A stretch of DNA of 64,000 bases from Basidiobolus meristosporus CBS 931.73 (lineage: Eukaryota; Fungi; Basidiobolomycota), in NCBI GenBank assembly GCA_002104905.1, contig MCFE01000171.1, positions 1 through 64,000 on the forward strand, read 5' to 3'. Shown piece after piece: positions 38,011-51,300 of this stretch. Position 1 is the stretch's first letter. Every line of letters begins with the position of its first letter. Below the pieces are notes generated by a model. It saw nothing but the letters and a program-made list of their open reading frames with translations, was not told where the DNA came from and did no database searches. A program made the position numbers and the translations under genes.

Positions 38011-40323
38011 ATGACCACTCCAGAGCAGGCAAATCCACCCACTGCTCCCTCTCCAACCAACACTGCACTAGCCCCGGGGCAAGAGGCCCCCAAGGAGCCT
38101 TCAAAGCCCGCTCGTCATAGACCTGTACTTTGTAAATTTTTCTCTACACCGTCTGGGTGCCGATCCGGCGAGCGCTGCCGTTATTCCCACACCATTGACG
38201 CAACAGGAAATCAGGCAAAGAGAAGCAATCCCCGGAGACGAACCCAAAACAAGAAAACAGCCCCCCCTCCTGAAAAAGAAGCTCAACCGCACAAGGACGA
38301 ACAAATCGATGGCCAGTCAAACACACAGAACGAGCCTTCTGACGAGGCTCACCCGGAGAAACAGGAGAAAAACGACTCGGGCGCTCCGCGACTAACCACC
38401 AGACAAACCGAGCTTGGCCAGATTCGACGCCGCTTCAAGGATTCGTACGTCCTCGAGCCTGCCTCGACTGAGGTCGCTCCCTGTTTCAGAATCAAACTTG
38501 TCCCGAGTGATCCAGAGTTTCCTTTTGAACTCGATTCACTAGAAATTAGAATATCTCTTCCCGAGAAGTATTACAATACGGAAGAGAACCTTAAGGAGGG
38601 GGTTCCACACTTCGAGGTGCTCAACAAGGAGATCCCGGAATCGCTGAAAAGGTAGCTGCCCCCCGTAACCTAAGGATTGGCCCATCCCATGTACTTAATA
38701 TATTCACGTTTCTAGGAGTGTTGTGGATTTTATGAAGAAGGATTCGGAACGTTTGCTGACTTGCCCACCTGCATTTCTTCGGGCTCGGGCTCGCTCCCAG
38801 AATGGAACCATCCAAATACTCAGGCCTATGCTAAACAAGCTCGATAGAGAGCTTGCCAATCTACTGATCGAGAAGCCAAAGGCCGTATCCCCACCACCTA
38901 AACCGAAACCCATCCCAGCACCAGTTGCCTCCGGGACAACCATCAAATTCGTGAAAAACGATACGCCCAAGCCTAATAATGCAGCAAGCGACAGAGTTCA
39001 AGAAGACCTGAACGATCTCTTTTCGCAATCCATGACAATATCGCAAAGAGAATCGGAAGATGAATTGGCCATATCCAACGTAACGAAAGAATTGCCGCTG
39101 TACCAGCCACGCGAAGCGGAGGAACCAGCTGACAAGCAGAATGACGTGGACTCCGAAAACAAAGAGGGTCGCTTTAGGAACTCGGGAACTACTGGATGCT
39201 ATGAGATCAAGGCCACCGACTTCCATATGGAAGGGGTTGCCTTGGCAGAGAGTATCCTACTGTCATTAAGTCTGAAGTGTGTGAAATGCACAACAGCAAC
39301 CAAGACTACCTGTACAGTCGACCTAGACCTGGTGCCTGGAAAGGAAGTGAGCAACACATGCACAAACGGAAAGTGTGGAGGCTTGCAGGTCACAGCTAAA
39401 TTCCAACCTGGTAAATATCGTTCTGGCCAACTGAATGTATACGCGATAATTCCAAGACGACTGAATTGATTTCCATTTTGCCAGGAATGCTTCATCCAAA
39501 CTCCGATATCCTTGGAACCATTGTCATCCACCCGCCTTACATCTTCCAACCATACGACCTACTTCCCTCTACCTACCGACTGACATGTAGCTCATGTCCA
39601 GTGCCGGATGATGATGACGAAACTCCTGCCAGCAATGGAATAACCGCGCGCAGATTGGCCCGGTCGAAGATATTCAATCAGCGGTGTCACACCTGTCATG
39701 AGAACAACGTCTTTTCTATTGACACCGTACGGTTCACCTCGGTTTCGGGCGATGTCAGGCCAAACCTAAAACTATCCGACACGGCGAAGGTTGGTCTTAA
39801 AAAGAAGAAGAAGAAGGAATTGGAAGAGCTGGGGCTGGCTCCTGGACAGCCGTTGCCGGACAAAGGAACGTGCAAACACTACAAGAAAAGTTATAGATGG
39901 CTCACCTTCCCTTGGTAAGTACCGTATGTCTGTTCGCCAAAGCGCTCTCTAATCCCCAACCAATCTCTTCAGCTGTGGCAAGTCCTACCCATGTGACCAG
40001 TGTCATGATGATAAAAGTGACCACGAAACCCAGGTATCTCTAACCATTCTGCCTGTACTCGATATTTTGACTGACCCATGATGTAGTTTGCGAACAGAAT
40101 GATCTGTGGCTATTGTTGCGCCTCCCAGTCATTCCATCCCTCACGTCCCTGCACAGCCTGCGGACGTACGCTTGCATCCTCCTCGGCCGCCAGCGGAGGA
40201 CATTGGGAAGGGGGAAAGGGGACGAGAGATCAAGCACGCATGAGCCGAAAAGATGCGCAGAAGTATCGTGGTCTAGGCAAAACAGTTAGTAATAAGGCTG
40301 AGCGAGTTGGCCAGAAAAAATAA
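38011..40323 (+). CDS. CCCH zinc finger + RWD-like + CHY zinc-finger protein, multi-exon
   Basis: CKFFSTPSGCRSGERCRYSH (C3H1); FRIKLVPSDPEFPFELDSL; several CxxC pairs; CHY-type GTCKHYKKSYRWLTFPC|CGKSYPCDQCHDDKSDH...MICGYC. Confidence 0.85.
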
Positions 40324-40566
40324 ACCAATGGTTTGCTTCAACCACATCAAATCATGACCGTTGTACCAATTCCAATGTGGATCTTAGTTTACTGATAATA
40401 GATGTCCCATTTCCATCAAAGCAACTGCGTTCCTAATACATGTGCGATAGAATTACTTGGCTACCACCAGTTCCGGAAGTTAACATTTATTTATAGGGAT
40501 TAAATAGATCAAGAACTCTATTGAAGATTGGGTACAACGGATTATTGGCACGGAACAGAATGTCGC

Positions 40567-41444
40567 TTAAAGGCTCTTGGGCTTGGTTGGCAAACGTGTG
40601 GATCCGCCATTTCCCAGTATTGGCTCAACGATTCGATCGTGAAGAATCCAGATGAAATGGCCGAGCGAATGCATCCACCAATGTAGTACCTGGGGTAGTT
40701 CTCCATTTTTCTTCATGAAAACCCTCAAGAATATCATGGGGCCAAAGATTGGAATGAGGATCAAAGTGAAGAGGAACTTTCCGACCTTTTCACGCCAGTT
40801 CTTCGCCTCAAACGCCACCAAATCATCCAGATAGCTTTGGAACTCCGGGTCAAGCTCATGCTCCTTTGCCCCGGTTCTGATGATAGTCAGGTATCTCATT
40901 GAAGGTATGCTTGGTCGAGCACAGTGATCATGGGTGATAAGCGTATGTGCTTGGATCTTCTCGTTTGTGTAAGACACACACTCCACGATCCTATCCTGGT
41001 AACCAAACTCAGTACTTCCACCGCCTCCCTCGGTCAATTGAATCTGGCGGAAATCCTGTGCGGTGACTAGATGAGCAACACCGTGGACCACCGGGGCATC
41101 GTTTCTCTTGCTACGGGTCACTGGGTAGAACTTCGACTCGAGAGCATCTTCTGGGTTGTCGGAGAAAGCACGAACAGAGGCAAACCCGGGCTCAACGAAG
41201 GCCATACCAGGATGGTCGAAGGAGAGGAAGTAGCCAGGGACACGGACAGGAACCGACTTGATGGGTTTCACCAGGCGACGCCCGGTTAACACCGCTTTAC
41301 TCATGTTGGAGCCATAGGCTGCACAAAGCAAGAAAAGTCTCGATTAGTATAGCTCAGAGAAAACAGCCAGCTGACCAAACCAAACCAACCCAAATACCAC
41401 ACGGAGTTGGGCACCTGCTCTTCCAAGCTTTCTGTTACTGCCAT
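40567..41444 (-). CDS. Gamma-glutamylcyclotransferase-like (GliK/AIG2-like) protein with C-terminal hydrophobic segment, 2 exons
   Basis: Spliced MAVTESLEEQVPNSVWYL|AYGSNM, VEPGFASV, VHGVAHLVT...QIQLTEGGG and PSMRYLTIIRTGAKEH. Confidence 0.85.
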
Positions 41445-42089
41445 TTGTATGTGGATTCTTAATCAGTTGATGACCTAATACAGAGTTTATAAGAAAAAGG
41501 CGGACCTATCAGCTGCCCAAATATTAATAATCACCACAACATCGTTCCTTCAGTTTCCCCATCAATTGTATTTAAGAATCCCACAATAATCCACAATTAT
41601 CCAAATGGAATGGTCGGCCAATATGCCATAAACAGAAGAGTAATCTTGCGCCATTGAGAAACCGTCCGCAATCATGCTAGGGATTATCTAGATAGCAGCA
41701 ACAGCATGCTCACCAAGTAAAAGCCCTTCGGAGATTCGATCAGTTCCGTTTTTCCTTCCTGACTCATTGATGAGTAGGTTTGGTTTAAACTAAGTAGGTT
41801 CAGGGCACATTGACTAATTGTGAACCGGCCCCAGGCAAAACTGGGCCTAATTTCGGAAATAAAACTGCATCGTCAAGATCCTGGGCCAACCAATCAGAGT
41901 CGCGAATGGTAAGAAAATTGAGAGAAAGGGAAGGGACATACAAAAGAGTAAGTGGTATGATATGTGGCTCTTCCTTTTGCCTACATCCAGTTGAAGAACT
42001 CAACGAGGTTGGTATCTTCATCCATCAAGAATAAACGCCTTATACCTTCGCGACACTAACCATCCATCCATCTAGTATTAACTGTCGCA

Positions 42090-42487
42090 ATGGCTCAACG
42101 TGTCACCTATCGTCGTCGTCTCTCCTACAACACCAAGTCCAACCGTGTTCGTATTGTCAAGACTCCTGGTGGCAAGCTTACTTACTTGCACGAGAAGAAA
42201 CCTGGCAGTGCTCCTCGTTGCGGTGACTGTGGTAGCGCTCTCGCTGGTGTAAGTTGACTGTGGACATGTAGTATCTCAAGGAGACCGTTCTAATGTCTAT
42301 CTCACAGGTCCCTGCTCTCCGTCCTCGTGAGTACGCCCGTATCTCCAAGCGCCAAAAGACTGTCCAACGTGCCTACGGTGGTAGCCGTTGCGGTCACTGT
42401 GTTCGTGAACGTATTGTTCGTGCTTTCCTTATTGAAGAACAAAAGATCGTTAAGAAGGTTATCAAGTCTCAATCTGGAAAGAACTAA
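42090..42487 (+). CDS. RPL34: 60S ribosomal protein eL34 (intron 42249-42308)
   Basis: [19 protein letters not shown]...[11 protein letters not shown]|VPALRPREY...[28 protein letters not shown]. Confidence 0.97.
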
Positions 42488-42931
42488 ATACCTAGATTAC
42501 CCGCTGAACTATACTTTGTTTGTTCAATAAACTCTACAACATCCTACATGCTCTGTCTTCTCTATTCTTATTGCCTACCGGCCCAGATAGGCAATGCCCA
42601 AGTTTTTTGACCAGACCTGCTCTTTCTACCAAATCCCATGGTCGGACAAGTGCGTATGTTGCCAGGAATTCAGGTATCAGCAATCGAGACTTGGGTGGAA
42701 TCACATACATCAGCTAGTGATTGGAGAAATTTTTTCTGTCGGGCCTGAGTAACATGATCCATTTAAATAGCGAAATCCAGCGCTGGTGAACCTTCCCCCA
42801 CTCCGGCTTTCTAGTAAGTAATTTGCGGTATATGCGGATTCACGAGGGTACATCCAGCTAACCGCTCTTCTCTCGCAGGTCTTTAAACTCCAGTACACGG
42901 AACCCCTTGAACACTACTCTTATACCTCAAG

Positions 42932-43864
42932 ATGTCAAAGGGAGAAAAGAAAACTCAATACTTCAAGAAGCTTCAGAACCTTTTGGAGACCTACAACTCC
43001 ATCTTCATTGTCACCGTCGACAATGTCGGTTCCAACCAGATGCACCAAATTCGTCAAATGATCCGTGGCGAAGGTGTCATCCTCATGGGAAAGAACACCA
43101 TGGTCCGTCGTGCCTTGAAGGTCCTCCTCGATGTTAACCCCAACTACGAGAAGTTGCTTCCTTTTGTCAAGGGCAACGTTGGTTTCGTTTTCACCAACTG
43201 CGACCTCAAGGACATCCGTACCAAGATTCTTTCCAACCGTGTCGCTGCCCCCGCCAAGGCTGGTGCTCTTGCTCCCGTTGATGTTGTCATTCCTGCTGGC
43301 AACACTGGTATGGAGCCCGGTAAGACCTCCTTCTTCCAGGCTCTTGGTGTCCCCACCAAGATTACCCGTGGTACCATTGAAATCATCAACGATGTTCACC
43401 TCGTAAAGAGCGGATCCAAGGTCGGTCCTTCCGAGGCCACCCTTCTCAACATGTTGAACATCTCTCCCTTCACCTACGGTATGGATGTTGTTCAAGTCTA
43501 CGATAATGGAACCTGCTTCAGCTCGGAGGTTCTTGACATCACCGATGAGGCTCTTATGGAGCACTTCATGTCCGGTGTCCAAAATGTTGCCGCTCTGTCC
43601 CTTCAAATTGGATTCCCCACCGTGGCCTCTGTTCCCCATCTCCTCATCAACAACTACAAGAACCTTTTGGCTATCTCCGTCGCCACCGAGTATACCTTCG
43701 ATGGCTCTGAGAAGATCAAGGCCTACCTTGCCGATCCTTCCGCTTTCGCGGTTGCCGCCCCCGTTGCCTCCGGTAACGCCACTTCTGAAGCAGCCCCAGC
43801 TGCTGCTCAAGAGGAAGCTGCCGAGGAGTCCGACGATGATATGGGCTTCGGTCTTTTCGATTAA
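42932..43864 (+). CDS. RPP0: 60S acidic ribosomal protein P0 (uL10), intronless
   Basis: [21 protein letters not shown] and the conserved C-terminus [13 protein letters not shown]. Confidence 0.98.
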   Translation: MSKGEKKTQYFKKLQNLLETYNSIFIVTVDNVGSNQMHQIRQMIRGEGVILMGKNTMVRRALKVLLDVNPNYEKLLPFVKGNVGFVFTNCDLKDIRTKILSNRVAAPAKAGALAPVDVVIPAGNTGMEPGKTSFFQALGVPTKITRGTIEIINDVHLVKSGSKVGPSEATLLNMLNISPFTYGMDVVQVYDNGTCFSSEVLDITDEALMEHFMSGVQNVAALSLQIGFPTVASVPHLLINNYKNLLAISVATEYTFDGSEKIKAYLADPSAFAVAAPVASGNATSEAAPAAAQEEAAEESDDDMGFGLFD

Positions 43865-44419
43865 GTGAAACCAAATTGCACTATCCTTGGTGAAGATAGC
43901 CTTGTATAGTAGTCATGTTCAAATAAAGTTCATTAATCGATCAAATGAAGCGAGATTCATTTTCCCTAATCCATCACTGTAGTGGTTGACTACGGAATCA
44001 ATGGCCCAACGGAAGTGGAGGGTGCGGATTCCCGGGCGGTTTGCAACCTCGCCAAGAGTTGCTTATTTCTGTCTGGAAAGATCCATTTTGAAATGGGATG
44101 TTTTTAAGTTCCACGAATGATCGGGATTCACCAATGATTTATGCATCCGTCCGGGGATGACGTAAGAGCATTGGGTTCCGCACTTGGCATCCATACGAAC
44201 CACACCAAGTGACACAGGCTTTATCTTTCTAAAAATATATACAATCAACAATGACGATTATATACTTCATTCGAGCTGTTGATCGCCCTGGTGGTATACA
44301 TAGCACTATGACTAGATTTGGCAGATGTCATATCAGGGGTTTAGTATAAAAGTGATCTGCGCACCGTAGGTTGGACTTGTATACCTCCTCTCAAGCTTTC
44401 TTAATTCAATCCTTTCATA

Positions 44420-45099
44420 ATGGGTTTCGCAGATGAAATCAAGTCCGGCAGCTTCTCCATTTACGGACAATGGTAACCACACCACCTCTGAATCCCTTGC
44501 TCGTAATACCGCTTCTAACCACTTATCGTTACGTTCGCCAACAGGTCTGCCATTATCGCTGCCATATGTGGGTATTCTTTCCATGATCATTTGTGCGCAC
44601 GGAAGTTCCTGACCGCGTTTGACATATAGGTTTAATTATTTTCGGGATCATCTCGTTCACTCATGTCGTGGTATTTGCTATCCTGGGATTGTAAGTGAAC
44701 CTCTACCTATTCCTGCTCCAAAGCCGGTCGAACTCACCCGCTCTCTAGCATCTTCGCCGCGTGCATCCTCATCGTCGAGATACCATTCTGTGGTATGATC
44801 ATCCCTAAGAGTTCCGCCGTCCTTGACCGACTTTCCAGCAACATGATGCGCGCAATTCTGTACCTTGTGTAAGTGCTGTGAAATTCTCCCCACGTAGTCT
44901 GGTGACTAACTGTTGTTTCAATACCAGCTTTGCCATCGTTATCTGGGTGTCCATCGCACAGAAGTTCACCACCCTCTTCCTCGGTGCCTTGTTCCTCACA
45001 TTCTCCGTGCTGTTCTACGGAATCGCCCATCTTCGTGGCCAAGAGAGATCCGCCAGTGTTTTGACCGGTGGTTCCGGGGTGCACGCATACCCAGTCTAA
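44420..45099 (+). CDS. TVP18: Golgi membrane protein Tvp18, 5 exons
   Basis: Hand-spliced MGFADEIKSGSFSIYGQW|SAIIAAI|CLIIFGIISFTHVVVFAILGF|IFAACILIVEIPF...MRAILYLV|FAIVIW. Confidence 0.85.
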
Positions 45100-45375
45100 A
45101 CTGGAAGATATTAAGTTTAGTTGTATTATCCACCTAATTCCATCTCCCGTCTTCTCGTGTAGATTTTGGTATTCTTTTGATCACCCTGCATGTGTTGCAT
45201 AATGTTTAATAAATTCTCGGGGTTTTTTCTCCCAACATAACATTTTCCCGACTTCATCCACGTGAAAACGAGATGTTTCTTTTCATTAAACCATTGCTGG
45301 GACCTCATATAATACTTTTATGGGAATATTTATTGGTTGAATTAAAAGTACAAGAGTGGAGATGTTCGGTCTTTC

Positions 45376-48300
45376 CTACTCCTCGATCAGCTGCTTGCTT
45401 TCCAAATATATGTCAAGTATGTCTCGCCCTTCATCTTCTTCAAGGGATTGTTGAGCCTGGACGGTCCATTTCTTGTAATACCACTGGACCAGCTCCCTTG
45501 CCTTGCTCTCTTGGTTCATCTCCAATGTGGCGAGTACCAGGTTTTCCAGCTGATCTGTATCGATCAAATACCCGATAAATGGCTTGAGGTGTTTGGAGTG
45601 AAGGAGCATCTCATAGCTATGTTCGTCCTCAATTCGGTCATAAACGACATGGATCACTGGCGTCTTGTTGATGCAATAAGATACCTGCTCTAGATGTCCC
45701 TTGCTTAATTCTGGGTTGAGGCGGTCCAGTAAAGTCACAAGATCCTTGAGAGGGACTTGATCAACCAGAGTCCGGATTTTCTCTTTGACTGGCTTAACCA
45801 TAGGGAGTGCACAATATGCACTAAGTACCAACTCGGGCGCTCCAAGTTGATCGAAGAGTTGGAAGAATGTCGGAAGATCCAACTCGAGGAAGAATGGGCA
45901 TTTCTGCAATAACAGGATTGCTTGGTTTTTGGTGGATTCTAGTTCGGGTGAGGGTTCCTTGGTCCTTTGGCTCGATTTCAAGACCGACTCGAAGCATCCT
46001 TTCAGCACATCATTCCAGAGTTGGGGAAGGCTGGGCATTTGGGACAATTCAGGCACCAAACTTACGTATTCAATGATCCCCAGAAGATAGTTGTACAGTC
46101 GGAATTTGATCAGCTTGTGTAGGGCGCTTTCCCATAGCGCCATATCGTGAATCTTATAATCCACGCACAAGTTGCACACGAGCTGGACTACCTTCGGTTC
46201 TTCCGAGTGTTTAACCCAAAGTGACCGGGCGAACGCTTCTTTATCGCAAGCGTTGAACTCCTTGAGAGTCTGGGAAATGCGCAGGTCTTCAAAGTCGGCA
46301 AGGTAAAGAAGCATTTGCAAGTAAGCACGTACTTCTTGATAGTTATGAACCCTTGCGATTTCTTGTGGGCTAGCTAACTGGAACAGTACACTCAGTGATC
46401 GTACACGGGTTAATGTGGTGACTTTTTGAGTGGACTTCTGCTGATAAGCAAAATTCAACAAAAAGCCAATGTTGGATTCCACAACACCACACTGTAGCAG
46501 ATACAGTATTCTCATTTGCAGAGAAATTTCTGCTCGTGAGTTCATATTGGAATTGGCCTGAATACGCATCGACGGAAGGCAGATCTCAACTTCGTCAGCT
46601 TGGAGTTCAAGATCTTGCGTTAACCATGTGGTGAGAAGGTATTGGCGTACTTTGTCAATATCCAGTGAGTGTCTGACAGCAATTTCACTAGTCAAGTGAT
46701 GAACGTCGATCGAGTCTTTGTTTGCCAGTGCTTCCTCGCTTTGTTGCGCATACAATTGGCAAATTAGCTCCAATGGCTGAGGAACGAGATGAAGGAAGCT
46801 AGTGAGCTTAACCGATCTTAGCTGGTGCTCTGTCTCCGTTCTGGCTAAAGAGTCCTTTAATCTTCCTAAGGCAACAGAGGCACGTTCTTCAAGAAGCTTG
46901 GTTTCTTCATTTTCAGCGCCTGAATTGATCTTTTGAAGCCACTTATCCGAAAGATGAACGGCTGTCTTGAGAGCCTGTATTTTGTCGACACCACAAGCGA
47001 ATCCATCAGCAACGTATTTGGCTGAACTGATGGCCAACTCGGTATCTCTAATCTTGAGTATTAGACCCTTGAAGTCGGTAAACTTGAGTTTGGTATAGCC
47101 CTCTGCCGGTTCTGATTCACCATCACCCTTGGCTAGCTTGAGCTTGGCTAAAAGGTTGTCTATGACGGAGCCATAGAATTGGTCAGGATGAATTCCTAGC
47201 GGGAGGGTAAGAGGCAGAAGTTTCGGAATGGTTTCTTCAGTTAGCTCGTATTTCAGAATCTTCCAAGGTTCTTCTATAATGGTGTGGAAAGGCACTCTGC
47301 GTAAGCACAATGGGAACCGTTTGCGTAGCTCGGGTATATCCTCAGGTACTAAGGCAATTTCTGCTCCGTCAATGATACGAACAGCATCTGAAAGCTCATC
47401 CAGAGCGGGCGTAGATAAACGAGTGTAGTTCATCAGAATGTCCAGTATGGTAATTGCAGTCTTGGAGTCGGCGTGATCTGGCAGTAGTTGAATAATCTGT
47501 TGAAAGATGAATTGAAGACGCTCATAATCATAAGGAGAGACCCGAGGTACACATTGGGAGATAAGCAAGTGAAGCAACTTCTCCTTGTTAACAATGTCAT
47601 CCACAACACCAACAACCTGGCTCTGGTAGCTCTCCTCTGGGCCGCATAGGATCAACTTGCGTACGTATTCAAGGTACGAGTAATCATCTTCAAGGTCATA
47701 AGCTCTACCGAACTCAAGTACCGTTAAGATATCCAGGTTTGTTTTCTCCATTAACAGAGGAACTAGTTTCCTTTGATACTCACTATGCTTGCTAGCTCTG
47801 AATTGAGCGTCGTCAAATGGAATATCAAGGATTTTAAGTTGATGCCACCAGCGTGCATTAGCTCCAAGCTGTTTGCAATTAACGTAGAAACCACGTTGCT
47901 CCCATACTGTAGCGCATCCAATACCAATAGCAGCGAACTTGATCAATCGATGGTAATCAGAACCTACAGTGGCTAGGCCAGCTTTGTAGGCCGTGAATGC
48001 TTGTTCTAGTGGCAATGAAATGGTATATCCCAATGCCAAGAGATTGTCAATATATCTTGAGCTGAGAACCTTTTGCACGCAGATTTCCAAGATTGCATTG
48101 TAGCGAGAGGTATCCAGGTCTTCGATGTTGATATCAGCCTCAAAACCAAGGATTCTGCGAAGGGTTTGCTCCTGGGAGCGCTGGATCACGCTCAAAGAGG
48201 TCTGATAATTGCGGTTATCCTGTAGGTAGTCACCGAGTTTCTTCGCACTAACGTCGTACGAGTTGGAATCATCAATGGATTTGGATTTTCCAGCGCTGCC

Positions 48301-51300
48301 ATTCCGAGGCCGGGTTTCATGCACGCTCTTGCAACAATCGAGCACGAACGAGGTGGCATAGCTCATGGCTTCCTCGGTCTTCAACACTAGACCAGTTTCA
48401 AAATAATGCTCTTGGAAAAGATCATCAGCGAATCGATCATCAGAAACAAATGGTTCTTCTTGTTCTTCTTCGTCTATATTTGCGGATATAAACATGTTAA
48501 CAGAAGAACTCGAGCCACCAGCACTACTAGTGGTGACAGTGGCCTGTGGATTAAGAGTCATCTTCCCAACTTGACGAACTAGAGAGCCATAATCCCCATT
48601 TTCAGTTTGAGCAAAAATGGAATGCTGTAGCTCGAACGAAGTGAATTGATCGAGGCACTGAGATAATGACTCATCAGTGCATAGCAGGGTTGCTTGTTGA
48701 GCGAGTTGCTGAATTTTCAACGAGAGGGCGACGTTGGTATTTCCGAAGCCATTGGTTTGGAATACATCTGCACTATGTTCATTGGCATACTTCGTTACCA
48801 GATAAGCAATCTTGCGAAGGAATTCTGCAGTCGAGTTGTCGGGATGCTTATCGTACATTTCTTTGCAAATCAGGAACGTTGTACGCAAATCGCCGTGGGA
48901 TGCCGCTTCTTCAGCAAGGATACCCTTAAGCTCGTGGCGAGTTATGCCCAAAAGGTCGGATAGTCGGAATACGGCAGTTTGAACGTTGTGAGAAGTTTTT
49001 TGCTTGGCATGGGAAGCTGGTCCTTGCTTGCCCTTACCTTTGCTAGGAGGCTGCGAACAGATTTTTTCGATAACTGAGCGGGCAATCTGATGCTTAGCCC
49101 CTTCCTTCTGCAACTCCTCGATAGTCAAAATAATCTCATATTCTTTAAACAAGGTTGCCAGGCAATGAATTTGCTGCGCATTGGATAGATATGCTTCGTA
49201 AGCCTGAGCGGTACAAAACTCCTTCAAGGATGAATGATTGTTCAAGAACTTGGTGATGACGACTGCGGCTTCTATGGCCCATTTAAAAGTATCCACAGCA
49301 TCATTGGAGTAATGATCATTTTCTTTGAATTCTCGAGTACTTTCTATAATCTCGATAAGCCAGACTAGTGCCTCCTGACTAGCGCGATAGGCAATCAATT
49401 GCGGGTTGTCGGATCCTGGCTTGGATTCTTGATCCACTAGGCCGTCCAGGAGATCCAGTATGCGGTCAAACTTCTTGGCAGAGCAAAGATTTTGGATTCG
49501 GAGAACGTAGGCTTGGAGTTCGTTCAGGTGATGATACGCATGAACTACTTGCAAAGCGTCATCCATTGCAGTTTCGACATCAACCTGTGCAGCAATATAT
49601 GACACAAGTCCTTTTGCAAGGGCCAGATCAGAAATATTGAACACCTTGATACCGTATCTCAATAGCATGCTCTTGAGTTGCATTAATCTGTATTGTTCAC
49701 GTAGCTCTTCGGTACGTCTCAAGGTAGGGCCATCAAGAGACTTTAAAATGACTTGATCAATAGTCTCACTCCAAGGGACCGGGGTACGTCGCATCAACTC
49801 CAATACGACATCTAAACGAGATTCTGCGCTTGCAATACATTCAAGTATGCTGAGAACACGAATTTCCCAAGGCGCGTTGGAAATAGTTTTCCCAATACCC
49901 GCGCCATTGTCCATAACTTCCATGCAATACTCCACTAATAGATCGTCACTGGAGAGCTCATTCTTTTCGGCGTATGGCTTGAAGTGTTTTTCTATAGTAT
50001 CAGCGAGGAGTTCCGGAGCAGCAACACGGTCAAGAAGCTCCATTGCAATACTGCTTGGAGATTCCTGACTGTATTCAGACAACGAAAGCCTGAAGTCGTG
50101 CTTATCCCAGAGATAGACCAGATCCTCTAGCTGTTTTCGTAAGGTTGACGCTGCATTACTACTGCTAGCCCCTTCAGCTCCAAAAGTAGAGTGGCTTGCT
50201 GTACTGGCTAGATAAATGGTGCTTTCGACATAACGAGCTGGTGTTGCTGGAGTACTAAACAGTATGTTTTTAGACTGTGCTTCAACATGAATGTCATTGG
50301 TAGAGCTGCTCTGGTTCTCTAAAAGACGAATGACTTCCAGAGCGTTATGCGGCTTCTTTTCCTTGAGTTCCAAAAGGCGGGCTCTCTGTTCAATCCACGT
50401 TGCAAGTTTAACTCTATCTTCCATTCTTTGGATGGGCATCATTATTTCGTTTCGAATCCAGGAAATAAATTCCGAAGCAGGCGTGTTATCGGGCATATTG
50501 CACAAAATTTCATCAACATGCTCGACTAGTTTTTCATCGATATGATGTCGCCGCCATATCACCATGGCCTGCTTGATTCTACCTTTGGCAACGAGGTTAC
50601 GAGCTACTTCGACCATATTGGAGGTACGGAAAGCCTGCCAATCCTTTCCGTTGAAACTTTGAGTCTCGATACCACGAGGTGTCTCATGTGTGATGAAGCC
50701 AATTAATTGCCAGGTACCCAGGCGTCTGAAGGCTTGATGCACATTGAAGACTGATACGGACGAGGCTGTGGTGGCTTTTTTGGATTCAATCGCATAAACC
50801 AGTGACCGAGCATAAGCCAAGAGCTTGTAGGTGTTCTGGTAATTTGGGAACACTATTTGTAGGGCGAAGTCAATCACAAAAGCGTCGTCCTCGATTTTAG
50901 ACAGATCATGGATGAGGGTATCGACGTTTAAACCCGACACAAACCCATCAATGTTTTGACCAGAAGCATTAAACGACTCGTTCAGAATGTTGGTAAGCTT
51001 GGCTTTGAGTGCTACTTGCAGATCCAAACCATACTGCTCTGCAAATGCCTCAGCCTCTGTATACTTCCGGTTGAGGATTAATTGCTGGAAGCGGGTTAGA
51101 GGAAGCGTCTCTGACAGGGATCGTACGAACATATGAGAGATACTGCATGGTGAAAATCGTAATTTAGAAACATGACCACGTCAATATATCCGGTAAACAC
51201 CTACCTCTCCGCTCCATCACCGGCGGCTTCCAGGACTCCCTCAATAAAATAAATTGAATCGCTACAATTCTTTCACCATAGCCCAAAATTAGTTCCCATT

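Noticed and set aside
42935-43810. 291-aa antisense ORF in RPP0 (and a 228-aa one at 25890-26576 opposite RPL18)
   Set aside because: Antisense shadows of codon-biased ribosomal protein genes.
25899-43864. Co-location of RPL18, RPL34, RPP0, SOD2, IBA57, ACL and TRR1 as a functional cluster
   Set aside because: These are ordinary housekeeping genes in a gene-dense genome; no shared motif or pathway logic is demonstrable from the sequence.
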